A stretch of DNA of 62,743 bases, filler included, from Asterionella formosa (taxonomy: Eukaryota), in assembly GCA_002256025.1 (NCBI GenBank). It is 15 parts of 15 records of this genome, joined end to end, with 100 filler letters (N's around TTAATTAATTAA, not from the genome) between each part and the next. Parts side by side here need not be neighbours in the genome. Positions count along the whole stretch, not along the records: positions 22,080 to 44,021 come from NKIB01002902.1; positions 44,122 to 45,463 come from NKIB01002912.1; positions 45,564 to 46,904 come from NKIB01002914.1; positions 47,005 to 48,345 come from NKIB01002915.1; positions 48,446 to 49,786 come from NKIB01002916.1; positions 49,887 to 51,227 come from NKIB01002917.1; 9 more parts are not named here. The stretch is one strand, 5' to 3'. Below, in pieces: positions 38,614-51,327 of the stretch (positions within the stretch are counted from its first letter, which is position 1; each line of letters starts with the position of its first letter). The translations under genes and the position numbers were made by a program. Below the pieces are notes generated by a model that was not told the DNA's origin, did no database searches, and worked only from the letters and a program-made list of their open reading frames with translations.

Positions 38614-40071
38614 TCAGTAGTAACGAGGAGGTGCGATTACAGAACGGCCGGAATAGGGATGGTTGTGATGGATTCCTGTCGAGAACGGAGATGAACGCTG
38701 CTGGTGATACGTTGTTGATTGCGAATGTTGAGGAGGATGTGACATTATAGGCTGTTCATTCAGCATTTGCCGGGTGAAATTCAAAGCCGAATCAATTGCA
38801 GGGAACTGCTGCTGCTGATATTGACGACGAGAATGCTCATATCGTGGATGCATACCATATTCAGCAGAATAATAATCAGAATTCATGGGGGAATGTTGCT
38901 GTGGATAAGGGTCGCAAAGGATTTGCGAAGGTACATTTTTAAATTGAGTAGGTTGAGGAAAAAGATCAGTTGCGTTCATAATTGGCTCAGCATCTTGTCC
39001 CTGTGGTATGTATTGGTAGTCTGTCTTGACTAGTTTGTCCTCCATCTCATGGCTTCCTTCTGAGCCAAAAAAGTTATGAAACAACTGTTTCGTGTCATCA
39101 TCGACTGGAACGTTTTCCAAGACGACATGAGATGCACTTGTGATAGCCCCCAGGGTCCCGAGATGGAAGACCAATACATCAGCCTCACCAGCGGGGAGTT
39201 CATAAATCTCGGCCCATTTGAGGAATTCATGCTTGACATGTTTCGAGGCCGCATCAAGGCTAGGCGGAATATTTGTATCGTGGTGAGGAATGAAATACTT
39301 AGTTTTCATCTGCTCAAAGTACTGGTCCTTTAATGCTCGCTTTTCTGGCTTTAGATTGACAGAAAGCTGCACTAACGTCTCGATAATGGATGAAGCATCC
39401 GGAACTAAAAAAGTTCTTCCAAATATCTTAGGGGAGGGGGATAGAAAAAATTATTAAAAATTCTGTGCCAGCTCAACAACAACAAACCTTACTTAATTCT
39501 TACATTGGATTTGGTTGTGTTGCTTCGGCTCCACCCATTCATAATGATTTGGGCTTGATGAAGAAACGATCCTGCATGGTCAATATTTTCAGCCGTGGAT
39601 TGAAATGAAGGAAGGACGAAGAATACAAAGGGGAACTGAAAGCTATCACGGAATCCAGCAAGGTTCTCAGGATCTTCTCCCAGCTGCGGGCCATCGTGAT
39701 TCCATGCAGCGAACTTTGCCTTCCAATCCACTGCTTTATTCAACTTTTGCAAATCAGAAGGGTAGTATGTTCTCACAGCTATTGAGCTTTCAGAGGGAAG
39801 TAGTAGATGAGCTCCACCAGAGAGTTTCTCGACGACTCGAATTCTCTTACTGAGCTTTCTCATTTGAAGTTCCAGTTCTGATTTCGAAAAATCAAGGTGG
39901 ACAGAGCAGCGAAGGAGGTAAAGTGAAAGCATTGTGAGACGAATATTCGATGGTTTTTCTATTTTTTCATTAGAATACCCCACCTTTGAACTCACCTGAG
40001 GGATTGGTGTGTGGCATTCTTGCCACCAAGACTGTGGAAAATAGCGCACTCGCTCCGGTTGGATCGGACAT
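38614..40071 (-). CDS. Uncharacterised multi-exon protein, possibly ERCC1-like (SPO16/PTD-type) with Q/H/P-rich tail
   Basis: ATG 40071; introns near 39910-39995 and 39410-39492; FVFFVLP...FLVPDASSIIETL followed by HhH-like LGTLGAITSAS; homology is an impression. Confidence 0.5.
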
Positions 40072-40391
40072 GAAGAATCTTTTTGACGCGGATACTTGAG
40101 CTTGGAACACGAGAAGAAGCAATGGAGTCGAATGGAACGGAATGGAGTAGCAGAGTAGAATGCAGCGCACTGGATATCCTAGCAGAGGCGATTATTGTGA
40201 TGCAGTATTGAGCGACAATGACAAGGAAAATCTATGATATAGAAGAGATGAAACATTATGATTGTTTTGTTATTGACACTGTCAAAATATGACTCTCTGC
40301 CTGTGTACATGGAAAAAATAAGAGATACGCACAGTTGTGCATTCCGACATCTAAATATTTTTTAGGCTCAATATAATAACGGTACTTGGTA

Positions 40392-41130
40392 CTCCCTCCG
40401 TCCGACAATAAACAGTTGCATCGATAATCCAAATTTCTCCGGGGCCATCTTGACTCCTACGATTTTCTCCGGCTAAATTGCCCTTTTGAGTGGCTCGCTC
40501 TAAGCTACAACATGTTGCGGTCATTTTGCTTTAATATACAATTTAATAGCGGATAAAGATAGCTAAATATTTAGCTGGAGGACAATGACGACAACTTACA
40601 GATCAATGTACCGGTACGGTATTATATTTATATGTATCCATAAAGAGACTTACAGAGAGAGTAAGGACAAGTACTGGTACCGGTATGCCGGTAGTTTGTG
40701 TAGAAGGGCATAACATTTTAGGTGGCTTTTACCATTTAATTAGGATTTCTAACGTGTTACATACTGTACCACAGGGCACATTTTCCCATAAAACGCCATT
40801 CTCACAGCAGCAACATTCCTTGGTCTTGCAACAGCACTTAAAAAATGACTTGTTAATACTGGACTTGGCTATTGTGATAAATATTTCTTCTGGAGATATC
40901 TTGTCCTGAGCTAGATTTATTATTGTCTGTGAAAGCCTTTGAAACAAAAAGCATGTCTCATTGATGTGGACATCATGATAGAAGTATCACAGAAACCAAA
41001 CTGAATAGGGCCAAAATACTCATGATTTTTTGCCATGTCAGGATTCAACTGCAAATGATTGATAGCATAAGGCACATAATCTAAAACGGTGTTTCTTGGC
41101 GTCAGAGATGGCTTCATCATCCCTTCTATC
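40392..41130 (-). mobile_element. Degenerate plant-type mariner (DD39D-like) element with Stowaway-like terminus
   Basis: TA|CTCCCTCCGTCC at 40390; minus strand KPSLTPRN and DVHINETCF resemble KPxLTxxN and VHIDEKWF of Soymar-type transposases; far boundary unknown. Confidence 0.55.
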
Positions 41131-42215
41131 TCATTTGAATTGGAATAACTGAAAAGTATACTAACAAGGAGTCCAAGCTACTTGTTCTCCAATGTATGAT
41201 AAGTTTGGTGCTGCTGGTAGGGTATTAACTTGACAGGTACTAGAATATCATCAGGTGAGGTTTTATTCCTCTCCCAATGCTTTTATTTCCTGGACAACAC
41301 CTAGCAGGATTCACTTCCTGCAGTCTAGTAACAAAATCTTGTGACATCAAATATTTTAGCCAAGCTAAAGTGAACACCTGAACTTATACTAGCAGGAGCC
41401 ATCCATACCTTTTGCTGTTGCCATCAGCATACCTTTTGAGGTTTTGAAGGGAGCAATCAAGGATGTATTGATGTTGTCCTGTTAGTGTCAAATCCTTCTT
41501 CTTGTGCCTATTGGTTGTCAAAGGGTCAGGGGCAATTTTTCCAGAGGGGATGGATTCTACGAAACCACGCACAGAGCTAAAAGCAAAAGAAGTCAAGCTC
41601 GACTGGCACTATCTAGAAATGACTGAAAACATACATATACTGGTATTATTTACGCTAGGAATAATAATTAAAACATAGGAGTTATCATCGGAACTTTCAC
41701 TGCATGAACGAGCATACCAGAAAGTTTCCATGCAACTACCGGTATGCAGCAAGTGAGGGATTATGCAATAGCATCTAGTTTGTAATATACAAGTTATCAA
41801 AACGAGTAGTCTACTGGGTAAACGTACCCAGATTCTTCATTGGTGTTTTGTCCTCAATAAGAATTGGTGAAAAGAAGATATATAAATAGACAATAGGAAT
41901 ATTAGTATAAGTTGTGATGATCCTGAAGGTGGTTTGACTGGCTGATCGGCAAGCAGCAAGCCAGGTCGTACGAATACGGAACTTATCAAGCTGTTGTTGG
42001 AGGAAGAATTTGCTGGACTACATACTGGCATGTACTTCCTATATGCTTGAGTGCCACATGACTCATTTGCCGAAATGTTTCAAGAATATAGATTCGTTGC
42101 AAATGCCACCCTAATTATTGGAACGAACTAAACTCTAATAAAACAATTTTCTAAGTTTCTTAATGAATAAATCGCCACCTGCCAAGCCAGTCAAATACGA
42201 AGTTGTGTTCTTTGA

Positions 42216-43976
42216 TCAATGATAGTACGGTGGTTGTTGATGTTGCAAATACGGGTTGGTGGTACTCCCATGATGCATCATTTGCTGTGTCTGAATGATT
42301 GGCGGCATGCCCAAATTAGGAGGATACCCAGTCGCAGGTATTCCACTGCCAAGATGTGGATACATCATCATATTGGAATGCTCCCCGTAAATTGGATAAT
42401 TTGGTGGTGGTGGCATCATGGTAGTGTGGTGTGGAATAGGTGATCGTGGAGGAGATCGGTTTAGCATGTCTCGTTTGAGTCGTTCTGCTTGACTTTTCAG
42501 CATTGTCATGTGTCCAGATACTCCTACCTTGGCTCGAATGTAAAAGGCTGAATGTAGGAAGGAACAAACTCGTGACTGTAAATCTAGGGTCTGAGCATCT
42601 GGGTTCGGCCCTTCAAATGCAGGTACTTTTAGTTGCGTCAAAATGTTTTGCTGAATACAAAGAAGTTTTCGAAACTCCCAAGCAAGGTAACTGAGCAGTT
42701 GTTGGCGACGAAGAACACATGCTTGTTGAAAGGCTGTTCGTTCTCCCTCATTCATTTGCTCAATTGCAGTAGCTGCTGCACCCGCCACTGACAATCTAGC
42801 CTCCAAGTTTGCTTCCAGTTGCCCCATATCCATGTTCAATTCCTTGTCGAGCTTGTCGATTGCCGTTGTCGCCTCCTTTTCTTTCAAGGCTGTCAACATC
42901 CAAAGGCCTCTGCAGGTCTCCAACATGACGGACCCGGATGATTCAAGTAAACGTTCAATGACAGCCAAAGCAAGCTCGCTTCCCAATAGATCCCGGCCCG
43001 TCGGATCTGATAATTTCGGCGGAGATGGCGAAAATAGAGGTGGCTCTGGTGGCACTGCTGGAGCGTCTCCATCGCGTGCAATCCAAGCCGCTAACATTTC
43101 CGGTGGAAGCTCTGTGGTCAACCCCAAGAGTCCCGCCGTCTCAGCTTCCACAGCTTCCTTGGTGACAGCATACGTATTGTTCAGTAGATGCTGTTGCGGT
43201 GACTCCAATCTCAGTTTCTTTTCCGGTCGTCCTTCGTCCCCGTGGCTTGTGACAGGTTCTGGTGCTGCGTGTAGAATCGCCAAATGTTCTTGCTCTACGG
43301 CATTTCTCAATTCGTTCATTGTCAAGGATGGGTTTTGATTGGACGTCCGCATCAAGGCAAGGAATTCTTCCCATAGCAATGTGGCATCTTGTTCGTCAGT
43401 GACGGCAGGCGGAGGCCCAACCAACGCCCGTAGATAAACGTTTTGAGCTGTGCGCGGCTTGTCCCGTTCCTCCGCGAAGCGAGCGTACTCCAACCACACT
43501 CGGCCGACTGAGGATGCGACTGGATCGGAAACGGCTTTTTCGTATGTTTCCATGCATGTCCTGAACTATGTTTTGGTAGGGACGCGAAATAAAATACAAG
43601 AGTGCATGTGGAAATGAGGAACTGGAAAGACAGGAGCAAAGGGAACGAGAACAATCAATCCAGTACCAATGTGCAGAACAGGAGGGTCTCTCACCATTTT
43701 ACTTGTTTTGTGAAAGTCTGCGTATCCCAACCAGAGCGTCGCAATCGCTTCTTTCATTTGATCAGGATCAATGGAGCCCTCTCTTGCATCGTCCGCCCAA
43801 TCCAACAAGGCTGATTCGAACATCATGTGCGCTCCGTGCAAGTCCTGCTGTTCCCGTTTTGCTTCTGCTGCCAGCATGATGGCGTTGGGGTCGTATTTGG
43901 ATGGATCCATGATGGTTACCTGGGATTGTTGTTGTTGATGATGTTGATGTTGATGTGGGTGTATATTTTGAGACAA
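42216..43976 (-). CDS. HAT/TPR-repeat protein with coiled-coil and Pro/His/Gln-rich C-terminus (2 or more exons)
   Basis: TLWLGYADF, VWLEYARFAEE, NVYLRAL, LLWEEFL HAT motifs; intron near 43575..43694; start uncertain. Confidence 0.7.
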
Positions 43977-45690
43977 GATAAATTATGAATTGTGATTGGG
44001 TTTTTTAATCTGGTGCGGCCTNNNNNNNNNNNNNNNNNNNNNNNNNNNNNNNNNNNNNNNNNNNNTTAATTAATTAANNNNNNNNNNNNNNNNNNNNNNN
44101 NNNNNNNNNNNNNNNNNNNNNATCAAGCCCTTCTTCTAATTCATTACAAATAGGCAATGCCTGCGCTAACAATTCCGAACAAAAACGAAGGAGAATAGGA
44201 GAGGAGATCTGCCCACAACAAGCAACAGCAAACAATATCAGCAGAAGGCAAGAAAACATTGCACTTGCTTACCATGTATACAGTTGTCCCCTATGCACCA
44301 GAGGAATCCTTTCAACAATGTAAATAACAAATGATTGATAGCCTGCCTGACACAGGATAGCCATCCTGACACAGGCAGAGCACGACGCATTTCATTATTC
44401 CCAAGGTTCAACCCTGCCCTGCCAAAAACAGATTGATTGTCTGTAGAAAAAGAAAAAGGTTCGCAGAGTATGTTCATGACTGACCACTTTTCCAATTCCA
44501 AACGGCACAAGTAAGAGGAAGAACGAAATGGAGGTAAGGGAAATACAACAGCAATCAAACATATTTCCAAACACAAGACGAAGAAAACGAGCGACGGTGC
44601 AGAGCAACAACAAAAAGAACAACAGCAATGTGACAAAAGACCTGTTTCCATTTCCCAAAATATTAACTGCTTACCATAATTTCTCGAACTTTCAGATGCA
44701 TCCTTTCTGTGATGACACCAAGCAAGGAGAAACAAAAAATGCCTGCCTGTTTCTTCCAGAGGAACCGGCCCACAACAGAGTCCTTCTTGTTATCTGGAAG
44801 CGAAGAACAAGATTCACAGAGTCAGATGATGGCTGGTTTTTAACAAACAAGACCTTTTTACATTTCATATCAAACAATGCATGTTCAAGTTCAAACGCAG
44901 GGCGAGGAACACCAAGGAAGAGAAGGTTTTACAGCCACAGTAACCATAACGAAAGAACAATAGAATAAGAACAGGAAAAATGAAAGCAGAAACAGCAGGG
45001 ACAGCGGTAACGACAACGAGAACACAACCATGATAGCAGAAAAGACGACAAAAACGACAACAATAACAATAACAATGACAATAATTTCATTTTACCATGA
45101 ATGTGATATTTTGTTCCTTTCATTCCAGCAGCTGCTTTTCGTTAAGAAAACTGGCGCGGACGGTCCTCCTCGCCAACATTCATTTTGTACTAAATTTTTG
45201 TACATTGTACTTCAGAAAAAGCTGGCGCAGTCTATGCTTAGTCAGTATTGATCAAATTCGTCATCAGGATGCGTAAAATTTTCGGTGCTTGCTGTGGACT
45301 GATGACCAGTGCTGTAGCAACCTAAATTCCAATTCATTTCTTTCTCAACCAATTTGATGCCGATTTCTATCTAATATATTATTTGATGTACCCGAAATCA
45401 AAGGCTTCTTGTCGAATGTCGATATGCTCAGAACGAACGTATATTGTCCAAAGGAGGCATCAGNNNNNNNNNNNNNNNNNNNNNNNNNNNNNNNNNNNNN
45501 NNNNNNNTTAATTAATTAANNNNNNNNNNNNNNNNNNNNNNNNNNNNNNNNNNNNNNNNNNNNAATCCTACCATTCTAAATTTAGAACTTGCTGACATTT
45601 ACTAAATTGCTGACTATGACAACTAGAACTTGCTGACTATGACTACTAGAACTTGCAAATGAGAATAGATCTTCTTCTGAATGACCCTTA

Positions 45691-45870
45691 GGCCGTTGCT
45701 AACCGTTGACCCAAACCAAAACCCAAAAACTTTTTTTTGGATTGGTTTTGGTTTTGGTCAACTGACGAAAAAACGATGCTATCGGTTTTTGGGAAATCCT
45801 AAATGCTGTCAACCACCCATCTACTGTGACGTAGGATGACAAAACCATTATAAAAAAAGTAAAATATTTC
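45691..45870 (+). mobile_element. PIF/Harbinger-like terminus (family D)
   Basis: TTA|GGCCGTTGCTAAC; same terminus TAA|GGCCGTTGCTAAC at 57617; TWA target fits PIF/Harbinger; inner boundary approximate. Confidence 0.65.
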
Positions 45871-46100
45871 TATTAGACTAGTTATATAAATGAAATATTA
45901 TGATTCCCATTTGGGAATTAGTTAGTTTTTCCCGCAATTTGAGCGATGTTGCTGTCTTGTCATTGAACGACCTGGTACCTGGTACCGGTACAATGGTAGT
46001 ACACACCGGTAAATGTACCAACAATCCTTTGCTGGCCTCATCCTGTGGTGCGATCCACAAAAAATCTTTTCCTTGACACGAAATATACATGTATGGCATC

Positions 46101-46904
46101 ATGAGAATCACTACTGTGTCTGCCTTCACATTGAAGGAACCAAGAAAGAAGTTACCAATCAAAAGAAGGAAGATATTGATCGTTTCGGACCTGCAAAGTG
46201 GGACAAATATGCTGACTTTGGAGATGAATTCGATGGAGGTGATGGCCAAATGGGTGTGGCTGGAGATGGTAAGAAAGGTCTCGAGAAGTTTGGAAGTGAC
46301 GTGTCCCCTTCCTTCGCGAAGTCCAAGACGATGAGTGCCAAGAACGCATGGGGTACCTCGACGGGATACGCTTCTAACTTGATTGAAAAAGGAGTAGAAG
46401 TAGTTCGGGCGCAGCAAATGTAGAACTGGATGAACCAGCAGGAACTCCGCCGAAAGAAGAATGCGCACAGGGAACTGACTGAAAGTTTTGACTCCGTGTC
46501 CACCGAAGAAGACTGGCGGGCTCTTGCCAAGTTTGGAGTTCAGAGGAATCAGGTATGGTCATTAAAGATTGACTTAGAATTATTTAATTTTTGATCAGTT
46601 GTTATGCAATATCTAACTCGAGGTCTCTCGCAAAACTACAGGATTTCGATTTTGAGAAAGCATTTGGTGCTGTTGTCCCGGATAGCAAACTATTGAGCTC
46701 GTCTCCCGCATTGGTCAGATCCGAATTCACGAATTCAATCTAAAGAATGAGTTCATGGGATACGCTGATTTTCGGGCGGCCTTACTTCGGAAACTCCAGG
46801 TGATTTCACTGTTGTTCCTTCGGAAGGATCATTGAGCAGCAAGGAAGGAATTGACTTCGTGGTCAAGTTCAAGCCCACTAATCCTGGGGCAGTGGACGGC
46901 TATC
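46101..46904 (+). pseudogene. Disrupted copy of a probably plastid-targeted protein gene
   Basis: MRITTVSAFTL (SAF motif), frameshift, FDGGDGQMGVAGDG, in-frame TAG 46421, intron 46553..46641, further frameshifts. Confidence 0.6.
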
Positions 46905-47614
46905 NNNNNNNNNNNNNNNNNNNNNNNNNNNNNNNNNNNNNNNNNNNNTTAATTAATTAANNNNNNNNNNNNNNNNNNNNNNNNNNNNNNNNNNNNNNNN
47001 NNNNCAGCGATTGACCCCTCATTTCGCTTCAGTCGATCGGCATCATGAAAACAAAATTTATTTAGCTAAGAAAGCATAAGACTAATTAGGATTCCTTTTA
47101 CGATGACTTTCAATTGCCCATTTTATCAATGAACGTTTGAAGCGCAGAAGGTGGCATGTGTCTGCATGAATGTTCAACAATATGCCAAAGAAAACTTGGA
47201 TACCCTTTCCATCAAGATGCTTTCTGAATATATACATGACAAGGCCCCACCAGCACTGGTCCATTCAAAATTCAATGGACCTGTTGAGGAGCAGAGTGTT
47301 AGTGTTGCACTTGATTTGGAATCTGAGGAGTACAAGTCAAAATTGAAATAAATTCTAATCACACATGGAGCAAAGCGTAAGAAGAAAGAAACACAATATG
47401 AGACACAAGAACACAACTTACCAATTGAAGAGATTAATAAAGCAAAAAGTAATTGAAGGATACTAGGAAAATGAACCAAAGTGTAGTAAGGCCTATGTGT
47501 CCTACTCTATTTATCTTCATGTTGCAACAAGCTATATCATAGCACTAGTTGAACACAGCAGAGGGAGTACCAGTAGCATTAGATATTTATACCGGTGTAT
47601 AGTATGTACAACTA

Positions 47615-48035
47615 TGTTAAAGTATTACCTTTTGTATAGATCTATATCGTTAGACAAAGAAGACTATAGATAGAGACGTTCGTTTCTCTTTCCGTTTCTA
47701 TATTCTTATTGTGAGTTTACTAATCTAGTTTAGGTTGTTCTGTTTGAACAAAACAAACGAACTATTCTCCAAATGCTGTTTGCATTTCTAGGAACATACA
47801 ATCATAGATAGACCCATGTCTATCTCACACTTACTGATCATAGGTATTTAACCATGATCATTCATTTCAAACTATCGGTCTTCCGAAATAGCTTATATTG
47901 TCCGGCTCATTATAGTCGGAGTAACAAAGTATAATGTGTGGTTGATGAGAGCTTGGTACATCAAAGTTGACTCATTCGAATCGTTTGACTCGTTTGACTC
48001 CGAGTCCTAACTACGTAGATGAGCTCACTTTAACA
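47615..48035. repeat. Solo-LTR-like element (421 bp) with CAACTA target duplication
   Basis: CAACTA|TGTTAAAGT...ACTTTAACA|CAACTA; paralog at 35825. Confidence 0.85.
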
Positions 48036-48445
48036 CAACTACCATTGGCTGATGGTCGAAACGAGTCTAAGGGCATAATATAATACGTACGTAAAACAAG
48101 AAATACATACCAGCAACGGCTTGTAAGAAACATACTTGGTATGCCGGTGTGTGACATACCGTAATATTGTTTACATTTATCACACATATGCATATCTATG
48201 AAATATTAAAATAATAATAAATAATAATCATATTAATAATTTATACTACAATACTCCATACAAACTTCTTGCACGAGTACAACAAACATGCTTTGAAAAT
48301 TGATTCGTTCCGTCGTCAGTTGAGCTCACATTTTCGTTGAAAAGGNNNNNNNNNNNNNNNNNNNNNNNNNNNNNNNNNNNNNNNNNNNNTTAATTAATTA
48401 ANNNNNNNNNNNNNNNNNNNNNNNNNNNNNNNNNNNNNNNNNNNN

Positions 48446-49219
48446 TTTCCCAGTAGCAATGCGCATCACATGAATTAAAATATCCTCTAGACTATTTTTA
48501 TCCTTGTGTAACAAGGAACAAAGATCACTAAGTTCGCACTTAAAGAGTGATTCGCCTCTTAAGATCCCATTTGTTGTCATCAAAAGACAATATCGATCAC
48601 GTAAAGATGCCACTGAATAAATGGATGATAACGAATTTTTTTTAAAGAAAAAATCTTCAAGTCTTGGTATATCTTGAGCAGCAGTGTATGGCGTGAATTC
48701 ACTTGTCAATTTTTCATCGAAATTGCTTTTCGCAATTTGTGTCTTTCTCATTTTTACTGTCTTCAGCAATCTTTTGACACGGCCAGACATTAGTACTTCC
48801 TTGGTTATGTTGTTGCATCCTCCATCCCGTTGTTGTGCATGCAAATCTAGGATGGCTGATCGATATTGATTGAGTACACTATATCCAATTGGCTTGTCTG
48901 AAATCCAATCAGTGTTGGAAATTACAGATTCATAATCATCCTTTGAAAATTGTTCTTTCACAGGTTTACATTGACCTGGTCGTCCTCTGGGTCGCTGATG
49001 ACGTCTTGATTGATACTATAAAAAGCCAAAGAACTTTTCTTCTGTCACTGTTGTAGATTGGATGCCATCCACCTCAGATGGAAAGGCATAACGGGAAAAA
49101 TCAAGGAATTCTGCCATTTTTCTTCTATAGGCAAGAATGGTGTTTTCCGGACGACCAGCCTTATCGTCTGCTGCAACCTGTTTTGCTTGAGCTGCGAATT
49201 TTCCACTTGTGTATGACAT
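48446..49219 (-). mobile_element. Crypton-like tyrosine recombinase / Ndc10-like domain, 5' part, one nonsense codon
   Basis: ORFs 49016..49219 and 48446..48961 share one frame with a single TAG; RPENTILAYRRK, VTEEK, YRSAILDL, LRDRYCLLMTTNGILRGESLFKCELSDL. Confidence 0.75.
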
Positions 49220-50213
49220 GCTTAAATTGGAATAAATGATGTTGGTAATTTGGGAGGAGGTTGTATAGATTATGTGGTAACGAATTCAATTCAAATGAAG
49301 AAGGGATGAGACAGGCAAAGAAGAACGAGATGATGATAACAGCGAAATTACAAACATTCATGATCACTGCCTGTGTAAACGGTGCTACTTGATTGCTAGT
49401 GCACTAGCTGTCACTACGGGTATAATTTTCTGTCCAACAACAAAATATGCCGGTACTACCTGGTACCCATGTACCAGGTATACTCCAAATATGTACATAA
49501 CATACCGAAAATAATGTGTCGTAACTGTACATGATATAAAAGAGAGGTGAGGGTTGGTTATTTTAACACGTCCAGACTTGCCACTCAAAATGAAGTCTGA
49601 CGCGTGGTTTGGATAAAATAATAACCTCTAGTTATTTTTGAACGAGCTAGCTACCCCTCGTGCAGAAAAATTACGCAGCCTGATCAACATTGTGGTACAT
49701 GCACGAGTTATGAAGAATGAAGAAAATCGGATGTATTCTAATGCTATTGCTGCTACTACAAGTTATCAAGATTCAACAAAGGAAAANNNNNNNNNNNNNN
49801 NNNNNNNNNNNNNNNNNNNNNNNNNNNNNNTTAATTAATTAANNNNNNNNNNNNNNNNNNNNNNNNNNNNNNNNNNNNNNNNNNNNGTACTTCCGGCAGG
49901 AAATTTGATGAGAAGCGATCAAACAAAAAAAGGATTTAATCTTGTTTGTTTTCTCGATTTTCACCACCAACAAATCAACCGATTGAATGCAATTGCATCC
50001 CAGCATAAAGAATATGAAGGGCGATTGATTCCTGATTGAAGTCACGACTGGATCATTCTATTAAAAATTCTTACATAGCTGTATCATTGTATACCTATTT
50101 ATACCGGTATGTGATTGGATTCATGTTGCTCAGGGAACCAGGTAATAGGTACCAGGTACCGTCAGAGGTAGTCCGCCTATGTAGGCTTTTGTATCAAATT
50201 ATTTAGCTGAAAT

Positions 50214-50875
50214 GTGTTAAGACCAGCGTACATTGTCCCTCCTGATCACCCTGGCACTCAGCCCCTTCATCAAGTCACTGCAACGCAGGCACAGATAACT
50301 GCAGCCGACCGCCAATATGACACAGCACTTGAGGTTTTTCGCTGTTATTCCCAGGTCCTCGAGGCCATTCGTCAGCAGATCCTTGCTGCAATTGATCCCA
50401 CATACTACAATGTTCTCGAAGACAATACGTTTGGTTATGCGGGTGTTACTATCATAGCATTTTTAAAGCATCTAGATACTACTTATGGTGCTACACTAAC
50501 TGCTGATGATATAGAGCTAAATCGTGCAGAAGCATGGACTCCTGATGTAACCTTGGAAAATTTGTGGGTACACATCAAACATCATTGTCTCCGTGCAATT
50601 GCTACTGCTGGGGGTGAACCCTTGTCTGACAGTACAGTTATGCACTTTATATTGTTGGCTCTTGAACTTGCTGGGGTTTACACCCGTTGCATTTGCACTT
50701 GGCATGATTGGGGTGATTCTGACTGTAATTGGACAAATTTTCGCCCCCATTTTGTCCATGGCGACAACAAGGAATGTCTGTGTCTCCTCGTGGCCACTAC
50801 TGCTGGATACCATGGTGCCCATGCCACTATTTATTCCCTTCCTGGTGACACTGGTGTTGTGGCCGCCACTTGGTT
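50214..50875 (+). mobile_element. CoDi-type copia gag remnant, interrupted by family B
   Basis: QILAAIDPTYYNVLEDNTFGYAGVTIIAFLKHLDTTYG and W..FRPHF typical of diatom copia gag. Confidence 0.7.
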
Positions 50876-51227
50876 GCATCTGCAAATAAAAACTATCAGA
50901 TTTCCATGATGCATCATAGGACTGTGATCATCTGATCATAATTTTTCGTTATATCATCTAATAATCTTGATAAATGCCCTTGTAATTTAAATAGTAACCC
51001 TTTTGACTACATATATTTAATTTTATATCTATTGTTTCTATTAGATTCCTGTATTCGAATTTCTTGGTAGGATAATGTACCAGCTGAAGTAATGTAATTT
51101 GGCTCATCATTTCCATCCATCATCACTCTGATTTTTGCAACAACAACAAAATTCTAGCGATGACAAGTGGAATGATTGTTTGCGATAACGTCTTCAATTT
51201 TTTTGGTCAAGTGATCATTATATCTTC
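50876..51227 (+). mobile_element. Terminal fragment of family B
   Basis: TCTGCAAATAAAAACTATCA... colinear with 18033..18380. Confidence 0.85.
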
Positions 51228-51327
51228 NNNNNNNNNNNNNNNNNNNNNNNNNNNNNNNNNNNNNNNNNNNNTTAATTAATTAANNNNNNNNNNNNNNNNN
51301 NNNNNNNNNNNNNNNNNNNNNNNNNNN

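Noticed and set aside
44122..45463. Short overlapping ORFs on both strands
   Set aside because: Low-complexity AAC/AAG-rich sequence with no recognisable domain; likely degenerate repeat DNA
47005..47569. Possible Tc1/mariner remnant ending GAGGGAG|TA
   Set aside because: Only a 7-bp terminus match and a short uninformative ORF; not enough to call
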